This document shows, one piece after another, positions 40,522 to 53,898 of a stretch of 64,000 nucleotides of DNA (position 1 is its first letter; the number at the start of each line of letters is the position of its first letter). The notes beneath the pieces are model-generated. The model had not been told where the DNA came from. It searched no databases and saw only the letters and a list, made by a program, of their open reading frames with translations. Origin of the DNA: Lama guanicoe (taxonomy: Eukaryota); contig MU053487.1 in the NCBI GenBank assembly GCA_013239625.1, positions 2,129,058 to 2,193,057 on the forward strand, in the 5' to 3' direction. The translations under genes and the position numbers were made by a program.

Positions 40522-41689
40522 TAGGATATTGCTAGCAGGTTGCATCTGGGCTATTTTAATTGTTGCCTCTTAGTGAAACAGCAGAGAGCTGGACTGACTT
40601 CCTAAGGGAGCATTTATACTGAGAAGTAAAAACAACGGACTCCAGTTGCTGCGAGCTCTGTAGTGATGGGAGAAGTGTGGGAACGGCGTCATCAGCGGGC
40701 TCACAAAGGTGTCCTCACACCTGACCCAATGAGTCTGAGCCAGAGCAGCGAGGAGCGCGTGTGAGGTGCAAAGACAACTGGGTGGAAGCATCGCCCACCC
40801 CAGGGAGCTGATGTAGGTAATTGTTGTAGCTTTATTTGATGTTAACTTGTCATTTTGTTTTGCTTTTACGGTTCATAACAGTTCTTGGTATGAATTAGGA
40901 TAAAAAGTACGTACTTAGTATTGTTTGAAATATTCAAGTCACATGATACAAAATGATTTACTTCTAATTTCTTCTAACTGGTCTCCCTGCTTCTAACCCT
41001 TTCCCCCCAATACACACACACCCATACAGTGTTATTTGTTGAATGAATGAATAGGTTATGTCAACAAAGGGTTTGCTAGAATTTTTTTTTCTCTAAAAGG
41101 GATCCAAATATGACTCAGTATTAGACAGGTTTTGGCTGCAATAGTTTTGTGCTGTGAAACAAAGAACTCCCAAATTCCACTGGCTTACAAAAACCATTTG
41201 TTTTTCTCGTCCACCAATCTTTGGGTCAGTTAGGGCCAGTCTGCTTTGGTCTGCAGGTTTCTCAGGAAAACTTCTTTTTTGAGACCCCGCCCCACTCCAC
41301 CATAACCTGGCAATACAGTCCCTTTCCACCTGCTCATCTTCTTTGTGATAAAAGATATTTTCACATATTGAGGTATAGGGAAGTCATTCTGGCTTATATG
41401 TGAGTAACTTGAATTTGATGCCAACTAAAACAGCCCATTTGTGGCCTATCAAACATACATTGCACATCTGCTTTAATTATTAAGGAAAAGACACACTGAC
41501 AGGAAGTAAAGAATGTCCATGTTAAAAAATAAAGATTAAATGCCTCCCTCTCTAGGACGTCAATGCTGGTACTCCTTTGAGGATAAAACTCCCTTCCCAG
41601 GTGCCAAGGCCAGACGGACACGCCATGTCTATGCTGGTCTGTTTTGTTTTGTTGAAACCTTGAAGGAATGTATCCCTGACTCATTTGAT

Positions 41690-41810
41690 GTTCTCTGTTC
41701 TGACAACATATAAAACTGTGCTGAAAACCCTGCTTCTCTGGAGCAGTCCCTCAGAGTTATCACAGAGGCCGTCTTCCTGGCTATAGTCCTCAGTTGGGCT
41801 CAAATAACAC
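41690..41810 (+). mobile_element. ERV LTR fragment
   Basis: atataaaactgtgctgaaaaccctgcttctctggagcagtccctcagag...ctatagtcctcagttgggctcaaataa. Confidence 0.5.
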
Positions 41811-43282
41811 TGTGTGTGACAGTGACAGAGCAAGGAAAACACAACCTGGGAAACAAGATAGGAGAAAGCAGTGCCCAGTCACTCAGAGCCCACAGGAGGG
41901 ACGCTGTGTGAGAGAGCCTGGCAAAAGAAAACACTCAGAGTGGTGGCTGTGGGACAGAGTTCTTTTCAAGGCAGCTCACCAAGCGGAGGAAATGATGTTC
42001 TACCCTCAAACTTTTTATGAAGGCTGAGAGCTCCAAGCCAGGCAGCTTGAAAACGGCAGCCTCCTGGGGACAAAGGCCGGGCCCCTCTGATTCCAGGCAG
42101 GGGAACATCTCTGCAGACTTTCCACAACCTCACAATGTTTCCCCGGTACTGATTGTGACCCCTGAGGGCAAGTTTGAAGGAAGAAACATGACAAAAGGAA
42201 CCACCCTCGGACTTGAAGACTCAGCTCCCTGCCTTCAAAAGAGTGCTGTGCTGGAGCCCTCAGGCCAAAGTCAGGCCTTTTACAAAAATCGAATCAAACT
42301 TTGATCCAGAAAGGAGTTGTTCTGGTTTTGTTTTTTTAATAAGTGCAGAAGTGCAGAGCAGCCCAGGGCCACAGCCAGCAAGTCAGCAGTGGAGCCTCAA
42401 AGAACCGGGAAAGGAAGCTAAGAGACAGGTCGGAGACCACGGTCATCGCAGCAGTGATGTTTCTAGCCAGCGAGGCTGTCAGCTGGTCCAGAATCAGAGC
42501 CAAAAAGCACTTTTAATTGCTGCTGATGACAGGCGGGTGAGGGAGTGGGTGTCTTCTTTTTGGTATATCTACTCATGAACCATTGCCCCTGGGAGTGACG
42601 TTAGCACAGGCAGATAGCTAGATCTGAGCAGAGAAAGGGGGGCACGGCCAAATGGCAGGAAATCACACACGTGAACAACAGGGGTCCTTGAGCAGACAAG
42701 AAAAGCAGGGACCTCAGGACTGATAAGAGATCACACATTTGGGGGTGACAAGTGTCCTGGAGGCTGGCAAAGGCAAAGAAAGGTGGGAAAAGGCAGGAAT
42801 CTCCAGTGTCCAAATGTAACCTGCTCATCAGTTGACCATGGATATAAGACTATGGATATCTGTACAAAGGACTCCTAGGACCTAGAGTGACAAAGGGGCA
42901 GCAGAGAAGTGGGCTGGGACGGTAGATGTGTCAGCAGTGCCCCCATGAGAACTGATCAGTAAAGGATTCTTCCCAGGACTTCATTTCACAAGACCCCAGA
43001 ACAGTATTCCAGGGTGGAGCAGATGTCTGAGATCACTGCCCACCCACAAGCCAGCAGGATGGGGGTGCACACCCCAAACTTAATTCAATGGACCGAAAAT
43101 AAAAGTATGCAATAATTGTTGCACACCTCTGGTTTCAGACTAATATTACTAATACCTGCCAGACCCAGATGGGGAAACCAAAGTCAAAGGTTGATTACAC
43201 AATTTGCATCAAGGTTGGATTAAAAAAAAAAAGACAGGGTAGATCTACATTCGATAGAGAAACATCCACTTCAATGTGTCAA

Positions 43283-43416
43283 TTTTTTTTGGTGGGGGGA
43301 GGGGTAATTAGGTTTACTTATCTATGTACTTATTTTTTGGAGGTACTGGGGATTGAACCCAGGACCTTGTGCATACTAAGCATGTGCTCTACCACTTGAG
43401 CTATACCCTGCCCCCA
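43283..43416 (-). mobile_element. Camelid tRNA-derived SINE (Vic-1-like)
   Basis: Full-length copy with poly-T; TSD caatgtgtca at 43272-43281 and 43417-43426. Confidence 0.88.
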
Positions 43417-44886
43417 CAATGTGTCAGTTTAAAATGACATCCTGAGTTTTACGAAGAATGCTTATTAAAATCACATTTTCTGTTTCCAGAGTTACCTCCG
43501 CAAAGCGCCTGCATAACTCCCTCTCTGACAAATATCTGGCAGCCTTTGTTGATGGCTGATGAGAAGTCAGCCATCTGAGAGCCATCTGTCTTCACCGCCC
43601 CCTCCCCCTCCCACCAAAGTTCTTTTGGGAAGTTGGAGCCGAGAATTTATACCACATGCTTCCTTCTATCAGATCCGGAGCAGCGAGCCGGAGATCTCGC
43701 AAGTGAAATTTACTTTCTGATCATGATGAAGTTATTGGCTTTCTGTTGACATAAATTACATGGGTACCACAGCAGACGAAGCATCATTTTCTCTGTGCTG
43801 CACAGTTTTTATAATAGCAGCTGGATTTCTCAATGTAATTTTTCTTAGGGTCAAATTTTCTTCTCCAAGTATACTCGGTGATATGAAACGTGTCAGAACA
43901 AATCTAGCTATATCTTTATGTTCTTGCATTATTCAATTCCCAGATTCCATCAGGAAGATGGACAAGGAGAAAAACAATATACCATTAACGACAAAATAGG
44001 TATCTGATGCTACCCTGTACAGTATCAGTGCAAAACTGAAAGAATTCAACCCAAGGGAAAGGGGGAAGTTTCCACGATTTACTCCGAGCACCACTGCTCT
44101 CTGGGAAACAATACAGAGTTTCTACTGCTATTTATTTCTGGATTCTAGGACACCAGCGCCACAAGAAACACCCTTGGTTTAACAAGAGCTTTCAAGAGGA
44201 AAAGGAAACTATATTAAATACTCATCAACTGTAAAATGCAGTCCAATTAAGGAAATGCTAAAATGTGGGAAAGTATCCATCTCAGAATGAAGGGAAAGCA
44301 GCCAAGGAGATTCTGTCTCCTAGCAACTATGTCATTAGCACCTGCCTTAGACCGTGGCCATGGTGATCCCACACAGGAACCAAACGCAAGGTCGTAAACC
44401 TTGGGATCAAGATACAGAACAGGGGAGGGGGTCCCCAGGCCAAGTGGCACGGAGGGAGGAGCCATGCCTTGGGTGATTATGGGGTTGATCCCAGCTCTGC
44501 CATTCACTCCCTATGTGACCTGGGTCCTCAGCTTCCTTATCCATAAGTCAGGGATTTCTTTATTTATGCAAAAGATACTTATTATGAGTCTAAAATTTTC
44601 CATGCACTGTTCTAGACACTGATGCTACCTAACGGAACAAGACAGAGAAGGTCCCTGCCTTCCTGGAGCTTAGATTCTGGCAATGGGAACGGAGAGGGTG
44701 GGGCACACAAAGAAGTAGACAAACAGAATAAGCAAGATCACCCCACACAGAGAGAAGTGCATAGAAGGAGACTGAACAGGGGCATGGAACAGCGTCTCAG
44801 GGAGGCAGCGTCACAGCTGAGACCACAAAGGGCTGGAGGCAAATCATTCAACAGAAAGGTGCCAGCCAGTAAAAGGCCCTCAAAGA

Positions 44887-45304
44887 TGCTCAACATCGCT
44901 ACTTAGTAAAGAAATACAAATCACACAGTGAAGTAATAAAAACCACAATGAAGTATCACCTCACACCAGTCAGGATGGCCATCACTGAAAAGTCTACAAA
45001 TAATAAGTGCTGGAGAGGGTGTGCAGAAAAGGGAGCCCTCCTGCACTGTTAGCGCAGCTGCTATGGAGAACACTGTGGACGTTCCTTAAAAAACTAAAAA
45101 TACTGTTACCATATCATTCAGCAGTCCCACTCTTGGGCATATATCCAGAAAAGACAAAAACCATTATTTGAAAAGATATATGTACCCCAGTGTTCACAGC
45201 AGCATTGTTTACAACAGCCAAGACATGGAAACAACCTAAATGTCCATCGACAGATGACTGGATAAAGAAGATGTGGTGTGTGTTTATGTATGTATGTATG
45301 TATG

Positions 45305-45339
<35 letters not shown>

Positions 45340-45772
45340 GAATATTACTCAGCCATAAAAAACGAAATAATGCCTTTTGCAGCATGTGGATAGACCTAGA
45401 GATTATCATACTAAATCAGTCAAAGACAAATGTCATATGATATCACTTATATGTGGAATCTAAAAATAACACAAATGAACTTACTTACAAAACAGAAACA
45501 GACTCACAGACACATGAAACAAACTTACGGTTACCAAAGGGAAGACGGGGGGGATAAATTAGGAGTTTGCACTAATAGGTACACACAACTATGTATAAAA
45601 TAAACAGCAAGGTCCTACTGTATAGCACAGGGAACCATGTTCAATATCTTATAGTAACCAATAATGGAAAAGAATCTGCAAACATATATATGTATAACTG
45701 AATCACTTTGCTGTATACCTGAAACCAACACAATACTGTAAATCAGCTATACTTCTATTTAAAAAAAAAAAA
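44887..45772 (+). mobile_element. L1 3' end just downstream of DCLK3
   Basis: ORF2-end and 3' UTR sequence, internal (TATG)/(CA) repeat, A-tail; diverged TSD aaaaggccctcaaaga / aaaagtcccccaaaga. Confidence 0.92.
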
Positions 45773-46689
45773 AAGTCCCCCAAAGAAGCAGATGACCGTG
45801 CTTGGGAAGCCATGGAAACGTGTGTGGTGACAGCAGAGCGGGCTGTAGGGAGAGGCGGGTGATGAGCCAGTAAGGTGGGAGGGCCACAGCACTGTGAGTT
45901 CGCTGGGTTCTACGTGGGAAGGGAAGTCATTTTAAACTAAGGTGACATGATCACATTTTTGTTTTAAAAATTCTCTCTGGCCGTGGTCATTCATGCAAGA
46001 GATGCTGGGGTGGGATAATGATGTCTATATGGTGAGGCTGTCTGGGGACCAGCACTGTGCCTGGCCATGCACGTGTGCTCCTAAAAGGCCACTCATCATT
46101 ATAATACATACGGAACTTTGTGCCCATCTCCTCTTTCCATTTAATACATGGCATTACCTGATCAGCTCCAGGGCCTGTCTCCTCCACTAGACTCTGAGAG
46201 GGAGCTCTGTGAGCAGGAAGTCTGCTGGGGACTGTTCTCGGTATCGACACCTGTTGGAGAAGGGAGTGTAAATTATGCAGGACTGGGTAGCAGGAGGAGT
46301 TCACCATGATATCACTGAAGCAAAGACCTCACGTGGTCCTCCTGGGAGACGTGGGATGCACCTGCAGATCTGCCCCAAGCTGAAGCAAGGGGGCTGGAGC
46401 TTTGTAACCCACAGAATCAGTCATGCGATGTGAGCTGCCCAGGAGGATGTGAATGAGGAGAAGCAATTCAGCCAAGGCCAAGTCCAGGAGAGCTGGGGCT
46501 TCGGTCCCAGAGCAGGGCCCTCCAAAGCCACCACAGCATCCATCACATTGACGTAAAGGAACCTTGCCAGTTATTTAAGTGTCCATCACCACCCTTATAG
46601 GTCATCCTGGTGGTTTCAGGAGGCACATCTGAATTATAACCCCCTGGCTCTCAACACCAGCATTAAGAAGTGATCAGACTACAACCCAC

Positions 46690-47090
46690 CTCAGTCATCC
46701 AGAGCACATTTTATTAACACAGATGGACCACGAGTCGGTTTATTAACTTCACAGGGGGACTTTAGGCCCTGGTAAGCACCACTCATGTAGTATACCATGA
46801 ACTCAATTACAAGGAAGAAGCAAAACGTGTGATTATGATCAAAAATTCCTCACTGAGAACAGTCTCCCCCCACCCAAAAAAATGTATTAAAGGCTTCAGA
46901 TATACAAATCTAAAAATATGTTACAACATTTAACATGAAGACCCAAGTTCATTTTTTTAAAATACGCTTTAAAATATACTGAGTGTCTCTCCTTCCCTGA
47001 TTCTCCAATTATGGGAGGAAGGCTTTTTCACTGTTTTTCTCTTCGAAGGCTATCCTCTTCTCTTGTCCTCAGGCAGAACCAGGGCTGGGA
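46690..47090 (-). other. DCLK3: DCLK3 proximal 3' UTR
   Basis: AT-rich, repeat-free sequence between the stop codon and the AATAAA pair; the exact end is inferred. Confidence 0.7.
46710..46744 (-). terminator. Tandem polyadenylation signals (AATAAA x2) for DCLK3
   Basis: tttatt on + at 46710-46715 and 46739-46744; GU-rich ggtgggttgt follows downstream on the minus strand. Confidence 0.65.
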
Positions 47091-47284
47091 CTATGATGTC
47101 TGCTCGGCAGCCCGCGCCTGTTGGCTCCGCAAGTGGCCCTCGCTGCTGGGGGCCAGCTCCTTTGCTGGGTTCACCCTGCTGGTCTTCCCAGCAGTTTCAA
47201 TCCAGGGGTGCTGGAGGACCTGGTGGGCCGTGTAGCGCTTTTTGGGGTCGACCACCAGCAACCGGCTCACCAGATCTTTGGCAG
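47091..47284 (-). CDS. DCLK3: DCLK3 last coding exon, kinase subdomain XI and C-terminal tail
   Basis: Acceptor cattccaacag|CT. Encodes (A)AKDLVSRLLVVDPKKRYTAHQVLQHPWIETAGKTSRVNPAKELAPSSEGHLRSQQARAAEQTS, stop TAG at 47093-47091. Confidence 0.96.
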
Positions 47285-47403
47285 CTGTTGGAATGAGAGA
47301 AGGACGCGAAAATGAGATGAACACAGGTGGTTCCGAGTTTTTCTTCCCTGCACAGGAAGTAAGAGTACAGACATCCAGACTTGCACATGCGCTGTACCAG
47401 AGC

Positions 47404-47820
47404 CGCACTGTCCCACAGGACTTCCTGCCACGATGGAAACCTTCCATATCTGCAGTACCCACTGGGGACTACTGAGCATTTGAAATAGGGCTGGTGCACC
47501 TGAGGAACTGAATTCTTCTTGTATTCGCTTTTTCTTTTCAGCAACATTATGTACAATAGCCAAGACGTGGAAGCAATGTAAATGGCTATCAACAGATGAT
47601 AGATAAAGAAGATGTGGCATATTTATACCATGGAATATTACTCAGCCATAGAAAGAATGAAACAATGCCATTTGCAGCAACATGGATGGACCTGGAAATC
47701 GTCATACTAAGTGAAGTAAGTGAGACAGAGAAAGACAGATACCATATGTATTTACTTTTAATTCATTTACACTTACATTTAAATAGCCACTTGCAGCTAG
47801 GGGCTACCATACTGGGCTGG
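47404..47820 (+). mobile_element. MER3-like hAT DNA transposon split by an L1 fragment (~47534-47746)
   Basis: gcactgtcccacaggacttcc...gaggaactgaattc | L1 | tttaaatagccacttgcagctaggggctacc; flanks tgtattcgctttt / tgtatttactttt. Confidence 0.75.
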
Positions 47821-49671
47821 AGTCATGGGATCAGGCCCACCACTAACACCCATGGCGCCGCCCAGCCCAAGAGAACACGTGGAGGCCACATACCATACGT
47901 CTACATATTTTAAATTTGTAATTCAAACTACCAAGTTGTTAAATGAAATATGTCCAATCTTCCTTCCAAATTTGGTACATGTACCTTCACATGGACAAAA
48001 CTGAAAAACATGGGCAAAGAGACCAAAGTGGTAAATAGTGCAAATTCAGAATTGATTTCATTTTCTGCCCAAGACCATGACTGATTCTAGAGAGACATGA
48101 TAAGAGCTGGTGGGCCAGGCGGCAGACGTGGAGGAGAGACTGCTCTCCGGCTTGCTGGCTCTCCCAGGCCGGCTCCCTGAGCCTCTTCCCATCACTCAAG
48201 AATGCACAGGGGGAAAACACCCACTTTTCTTTATTTTACCGGGGGATGCCTCTTACTCAAGGTCCGTGGCTCACCCACCAATCACCCCTCCTCCACACCC
48301 ACTGTCCAGGCACCTCTTGAGCATGGAGACCACAGGATTTCTCCTCCCCTACCCCATTCAAGTGAGCAAATTCTGCCCACAAAGTACCCCGTTCCCACTC
48401 GCCCCCAACATCACTCCTTCAGGGTTCTCAGAGGACTCAGGGGGTTGAGGGCCAGGTCTAAATGGAATTCCCAGACCCACATGTATGCATATGGACACCT
48501 GGATCCCCCCACCAACATGTCCACGCTCTCCCTCTGCCCCCTAAACAGCCACGCCCTGGCACCCTCGCCACCGAGGGGAAAGGTGGGGGAAAGAGGTCTC
48601 AGAAACCTTGGAAGCGGGCTGAAGCCATCTGGGCAGGAAATCCTGGGGTCCCCAGTAGGTGGTCTAGAAGGGGGAGCCTGGGCTCTCGGAGCCACATCCT
48701 TTGGGCCCCCAGTCTCCTCACTTACGGGGAGGTTTGTAGCCAGAACAGTGTCCTCTAAGGCATGGGCCCAGGGCAAGGGCCACTGTAAGGAAATCTAAGC
48801 ACAGCGTTGCGTAGAACTTTCTAAAACGATTTTTAGTCCTTCGATTCCCAACCTGCCGCTGCCCCGGTCAGCTCAAGACCCTCACTCCACGTGCAGCAAG
48901 CCACCCTCTGCCCACCTTATTTACATGGAAAACAAGAAGCTCTTCCCTTCCCTCAACCCCTAACCCCAGGCGACGGCCCCAGGGCTGAGGACAAGGGCAG
49001 TTCAGTATCTTAGATGACATGTTTAGGGGAAATTGAGGGGGAAAGAGTTATCACTCCTATTCTATTTTTTAAGCTAAAGAGATTCAAAGACTCAAAACCT
49101 CCAATTTTCTAGCTTTCAATTTCACAAGGGCAGTGAGTCGTACAGACAAATCACTAGGGACAAGGGAAGAGATTCCACTTAACCGGGCCAAAACCAAGGA
49201 GGACCACATGTGCTTCTGCTCCACTAAAACCTGAGACCTTCACCCCATGCCTTCCGGAGTCCCTGTGCTCCAAGTATGCCCTGCAGAACCCTGACTATTC
49301 CCATGTGAAGTAAGCACCTCCAGTATGTCTGAGTCACAAAGACTTCTATATATGAGATGGCTTTGGTCTTCCCAAGTGAGGACTACACATTTCTGATCTT
49401 GTTCAGTTCTTTGGTTCTTTAATTGGCTTCAGAAAAAGTATTTGGCAATGAGAACTGATGGTCAGCCTCTTTCATTTCATCTCAAAGCAAGTCATGTTTT
49501 CAGGATGCTACGGAAAGCTACACAAACCTAGCAGGAAATACAGCATGAAGCACAGCCCGGGTACCACATGGGATCCCTGTGTGCCGTTTTATACACCTGA
49601 CTGAAAACCCAGGCGGAGGGGCCCCAGCTCTCCATGTCCTTCCCTCCTGCTCAGGAGGCCCCGAGCCTCAC

Positions 49672-49839
49672 CGTCAGAGATGTTGTCCCAGTACGGAGCC
49701 AGGAACTCGAAGCGGCCCAGCTGGATGATGTTGAAGAGCTCATCCTGGTCCCTCTCAGGGCTGCGGAACGGGGGGAAGCCACACAGCAGAATGTAGAGGA
49801 TCACGCCGGCCGCCCACATGTCCACCTCCAGCCCGTACC
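49672..49839 (-). CDS. DCLK3: DCLK3 penultimate coding exon, kinase subdomains IX-X
   Basis: 168-nt exon, acceptor ttgttgcacag|GG, donor GACG|gtgag. Phase 1 at both ends, in frame with both neighbours. Encodes (G)[55 protein letters not shown]. Confidence 0.97.
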
Positions 49840-50538
49840 CTGTGCAACAAAGGAAGAGGCACAAGCGAACCTGAGACCAGGCTGGGTCAAACGTCAGGAG
49901 GTCGACAGCGGAGAACCGAAGCTCAAGGTCACAGAGGACGACCTCAGCTCTCGGTAAGCAAGAGCCACTTACAAAGACACAGGTGTGCCCCACCACCCAA
50001 CCACACCTTCCCTTGCTGCCGAAGCCTACAAGCACAGGGTCTACACCAGGGTTACTCAAGGTTTGGGCCAGGACTGGCTGACCTTTGTGATCCTTTATTA
50101 TTAGTCTGGGATAAAATGAGCACAGAAATGGAAAGTAAGCATCTGGAAACTCGGAGCAGTTTGACATGACCAGGACACCCCACAGCATGGTCAGTGGATG
50201 CCTCTGGTTCAACACTGTACAGGTCAGTCCAGGGCTTGTCCCCCACACATGGTAACTCAAACATGGTGTGAGCTGTGTTCTGGCACCCTGTGGCAGGACC
50301 ACCTGCAGGTCCATCCACACGGCTCTGGAGATTTTCCCTGGTCCTTCACCGAAGATGTCCGAGACGCCCTGGTCAACACCAGCCATGTCTACTCCTATCC
50401 GTTCATTTCCTGCCCTCAGTCAAAACACAATCATTTACTGGGTTTTTTTTTTTTAAGGACTAGAAAAAGACTGCTGCTATTAGCTGTATCCTCCATGCAT
50501 GTGTACATACACACATTTATACTGTCTTCAACAGATTT

Positions 50539-50665
50539 GGGGGGGAGGGTATAGCTCAGTGGTAGAGCACGCACCTAGTACGTATGAGGTCCTGGGTTCA
50601 ATCCCCAGTGCCTCCATTTAAAAATAAATAAACAAATAAACCTAATCACCCCTCCTCAAAAAAAA
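50539..50665 (+). mobile_element. Camelid tRNA-derived SINE (Vic-1-like)
   Basis: gggagggtatagctcagtggtagagcac...gggttcaatccccagtgcctcc...aaacctaatcacc plus A-tail. Confidence 0.88.
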
Positions 50666-51519
50666 TTAGAATCATGTTGTGCATATTCTGTAGCCTATGT
50701 GGTTCATTTACTATTACACCACGGCGTTTCCTATACAGGAATTTTCTATGAAGAACAGGAAAACCATTCTTCAAAAACATGATTTTTAAAACTGTGTTAT
50801 TTACAACTATAAGTAATTCTGTGATGGATTAAACATTAAACATGAATATGTAATACTAGCATATATTAATACAGATTAAATATCTGTGCTCTTCTCTAAT
50901 TATATTCTATTTTTGTTCCAAGCACAAATTGCCTTTATTGGCTCACAGATCCAAACGATGGGACAGGCTGGTGTGGACATGACCTCAGGGCTGTGTTTCT
51001 GCCTCTTCCTCAGCAGGTCAGCCTCATCCCTCTGATTATAGTCTTAAAGTAACTTTCTAATAGTTAAATGTGCAAAATAATATTTTGATACCTATTGCCC
51101 AATTATCCTCCCAGAAGTTTATTAACAGAGGTATATACATTTCCAAACACTTTCTAATATTTTCCCTTTGGGAAAGGAAAATACTTGGCAATTTTAATTT
51201 GGAAGTTAGATATTCAGTATTAAGCCCTTGAGTAACGTTATCAAGGCACAAATAAGCAGAAAAATATTAAGGGAATAACTCACTAACGACTGCTTTCTGG
51301 ACAACTTTAACAGTCTTTTCTTAGTTCTGACCATCTTTCACTCACTCTTGGGAATGTCTCGCTCAGCTAGACTCCCCATCCTCTTGAAATTCACGCCTCA
51401 GCCTCATCACACTTTCCTGGTCCTCTTCCTGCCTCCGGGCTGCCCAGACATTGGCCGACCCTCCTTCTCTCTCTCATCTCCTCACTCCTGGTCCCCCCTC
51501 AAGAATCTGTCTTTGCTTT

Positions 51520-52164
51520 CCCTATGATCCAGCAATCCCACTCCTGGGCATGTAGCTGGAGGAAACTCTAATTTGACAAGATACATGCACCCCAATGTTC
51601 ACAGTAACACTATTTACAATAGCCAAGACTTGGAACCAACCTAAATGTCCACCTACAGATGACTGGACAAAGAAGTTGTGTTATATATACACAATGGAAT
51701 ACTATTCAGCCATAAAAAAGAATGAAATACTGCTATTTGCAGCAACAGGATGGACCTAGAGATTATCATACTAAGTGAAGTCACTCAGACAGAGAAAGAC
51801 AAATATCATATATCACTTATATATGGAATCTTAAAAAAATGACACAAATGACTTATTTACAAAACAGAAGCAGACTCACAGACATAGAAATAAAACTTAT
51901 GGTTACCAGAGGGGAAAGGGATGGGAGGGAGAAATTGTGAGTTTGTGATTTACAGATAAAAACCAACATATATAAAATAGATAAATGACAAGTTTATATT
52001 GTATAGCACATGGAACTATATTCATAACTTGTAATAACCTATAACAAAAAAGATGCATATATATACATATATGCATATGTGTGTGTGTATAACTGAATCA
52101 CTGTGCTGTACACCAGAAACTAACACAACATTGTAAATCGACTATACTTTAATTGAAAAAAAAA
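51520..52164 (+). mobile_element. L1 3' end in a DCLK3 intron (antisense to the gene)
   Basis: ccctatgatccagcaatcccactcctgggc... A-tail; TSD aagaatctgtct at 51501-51512 and 52165-52176. Confidence 0.92.
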
Positions 52165-53365
52165 AAGAATCTGTCTCTGGCTGCTCTTGCTGGCTCATTC
52201 TCCCACCGGACTGGCTGCCATCCCTGTGTTGGACAGCTCTGTGTATCCATCCTGGTATCTCTAAAAAGTCAATGTGTCCAAAACTTCATTCACTCACCCC
52301 CATATCCCAAAGGAGTTTTCCTTTCCAATCTCCTGTGTTAGCTGGTGCTAGCACTCACATTCTGGCTTCCCAGAGTCCACAGAGATGACCTGCTTTCATT
52401 CCTCTCTTACCCAGCTCAGTAATGCTTCCATTAAAATGTCTACAGTCACTCAGGATTCTCCTGTCCCACTGTCATCACATTAGCATGACTACTACACTGG
52501 CCGCACTGGGTCCAAACTCATTTGTGGGGAATCCAGGCTCAACCTAATCATCCAACCGAATACCCCTCTGCTCCATTGAGCTTAATCTTCTCAACGTCTC
52601 CACCAGCCCAGCTCCGTGCATGTTCTAGTCTCTGCATCTTAGCTTCCCTGATGCTCCTGCTACTGGGATAAAATTACTCCCTTCTCCCTACCACCAACCT
52701 GACAACACATCCAGACCCTTCCCACCTGTAGCCATCACAGGTGATTAACATGATTTCTCTAGGAGGGCCATGACAGCTAAACAGTTACTCACATACTGGA
52801 GCCATATAATAGTAACAATGATTTCCTTTTATATACTTTACATAGTGGGTCACTGAAACAGTCCATTGGCCCCTGATACAATAGATGAGCAAGTAATAAA
52901 TATTATTCATGGAGTCTGAAATGGGACGCCCTTTTCCTTTAAATGCAAGATTGGTGAAGGAATTTTTAAGCCAATTACGTAAGAACTGCTTCAACTCTCT
53001 CCCATGAGAGCTAGCCTTGGGTCGGTGGCACAAATGGCCTTGCTTGCTTGAGTTCCCAACCCAATTCTCCACCATTTTTCATCTCATTGTCCTGCCAATA
53101 CACAACACACAAACACACACACACAACACACTCCCGCACAACTCCTTTTCTGTAATAAGTGCAGCCCTGATGAGGAAAAGGTTCTCACACTGTGGTCAAG
53201 GTGACCTACTTCAAGCATTTCCACTAAAGTCCACATACAAGTTCAGTGCCAAATCTCTCAGATTTTTGACTGCTCCATATTGAAAAATATAAAATTTAAA
53301 TATTAAAAATTAAACATCTGTCAGTAAGTGAACTAGAGTCCCACAGAGCAATGTGTAACGCTTAC

Positions 53366-53498
53366 CTTTCTCGGAAAGAATTTCGGGAGCTACGTAAGTC
53401 GGAGTCCCACACACAGTGAATATAGGTCTCACCACATGCTTTGCTAGACCAAAATCGGCCAGTTTCAAGGTGGTAGATTTGTCCTCATTTCGCTGAAC
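53366..53498 (-). CDS. DCLK3: DCLK3 internal coding exon (third from last), kinase subdomains VII-VIII
   Basis: 133-nt exon, acceptor ttcttacag|GTT (AG at 53500-53499), donor AAAG|gtaag. Encodes [44 protein letters not shown](G) with DFG and APE motifs; recognised as doublecortin-like kinase 3. Confidence 0.97.
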
Positions 53499-53691
53499 CT
53501 GTAAGAAACCAAAATCCCCAAACCACCAAAACTGTGATGAGAACAAAGAAGGAAAACTGAGACAATCAGCATACACGGTCAGGATAAGCAAACAATAAAC
53601 CACACAAGCTTATGGATTAGCCCGACATTGACAAACCCAACGTAATCTCAGTGACAAGTGTTCACTAAGGAACCAACAAGTTAGACTTACT

Positions 53692-53898
53692 CTGCTGTCC
53701 AATATGGTAGCACCATGTTGTCACAGATGGCTATTGATTTTAAATTAATTAAAATCAAACCAAATTAAAAAGTTGGTTGCCCAGACGCACTAGCCACATT
53801 TCAAGTACTCAAGAGCCATCCATGGCTAATGGCTACCATATTGCACAGTGCAAATCTAACATTTCCATCATCACAGGAAGCTGCATTGAGCAGCACTG
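53692..53898 (-). mobile_element. MER3-like DNA transposon
   Basis: ctgctgtccaatatggtagc...cactagccacatttcaagtactc...catttccatcatcacaggaag. Confidence 0.75.

Noticed and set aside
43556..43600. CTGATGAG hammerhead-like core (also at ~53168)
   Set aside because: No GAAA after a stem II, and no stem I/III arrangement.
49589..50386. 265-aa ORF as a standalone gene
   Set aside because: Only 49672-49839 is the DCLK3 exon; the rest is open intron.
50539..50615. tRNA gene
   Set aside because: The tRNA-like head with A/B boxes is followed by the SINE tail, is multicopy in the window and is degenerate.
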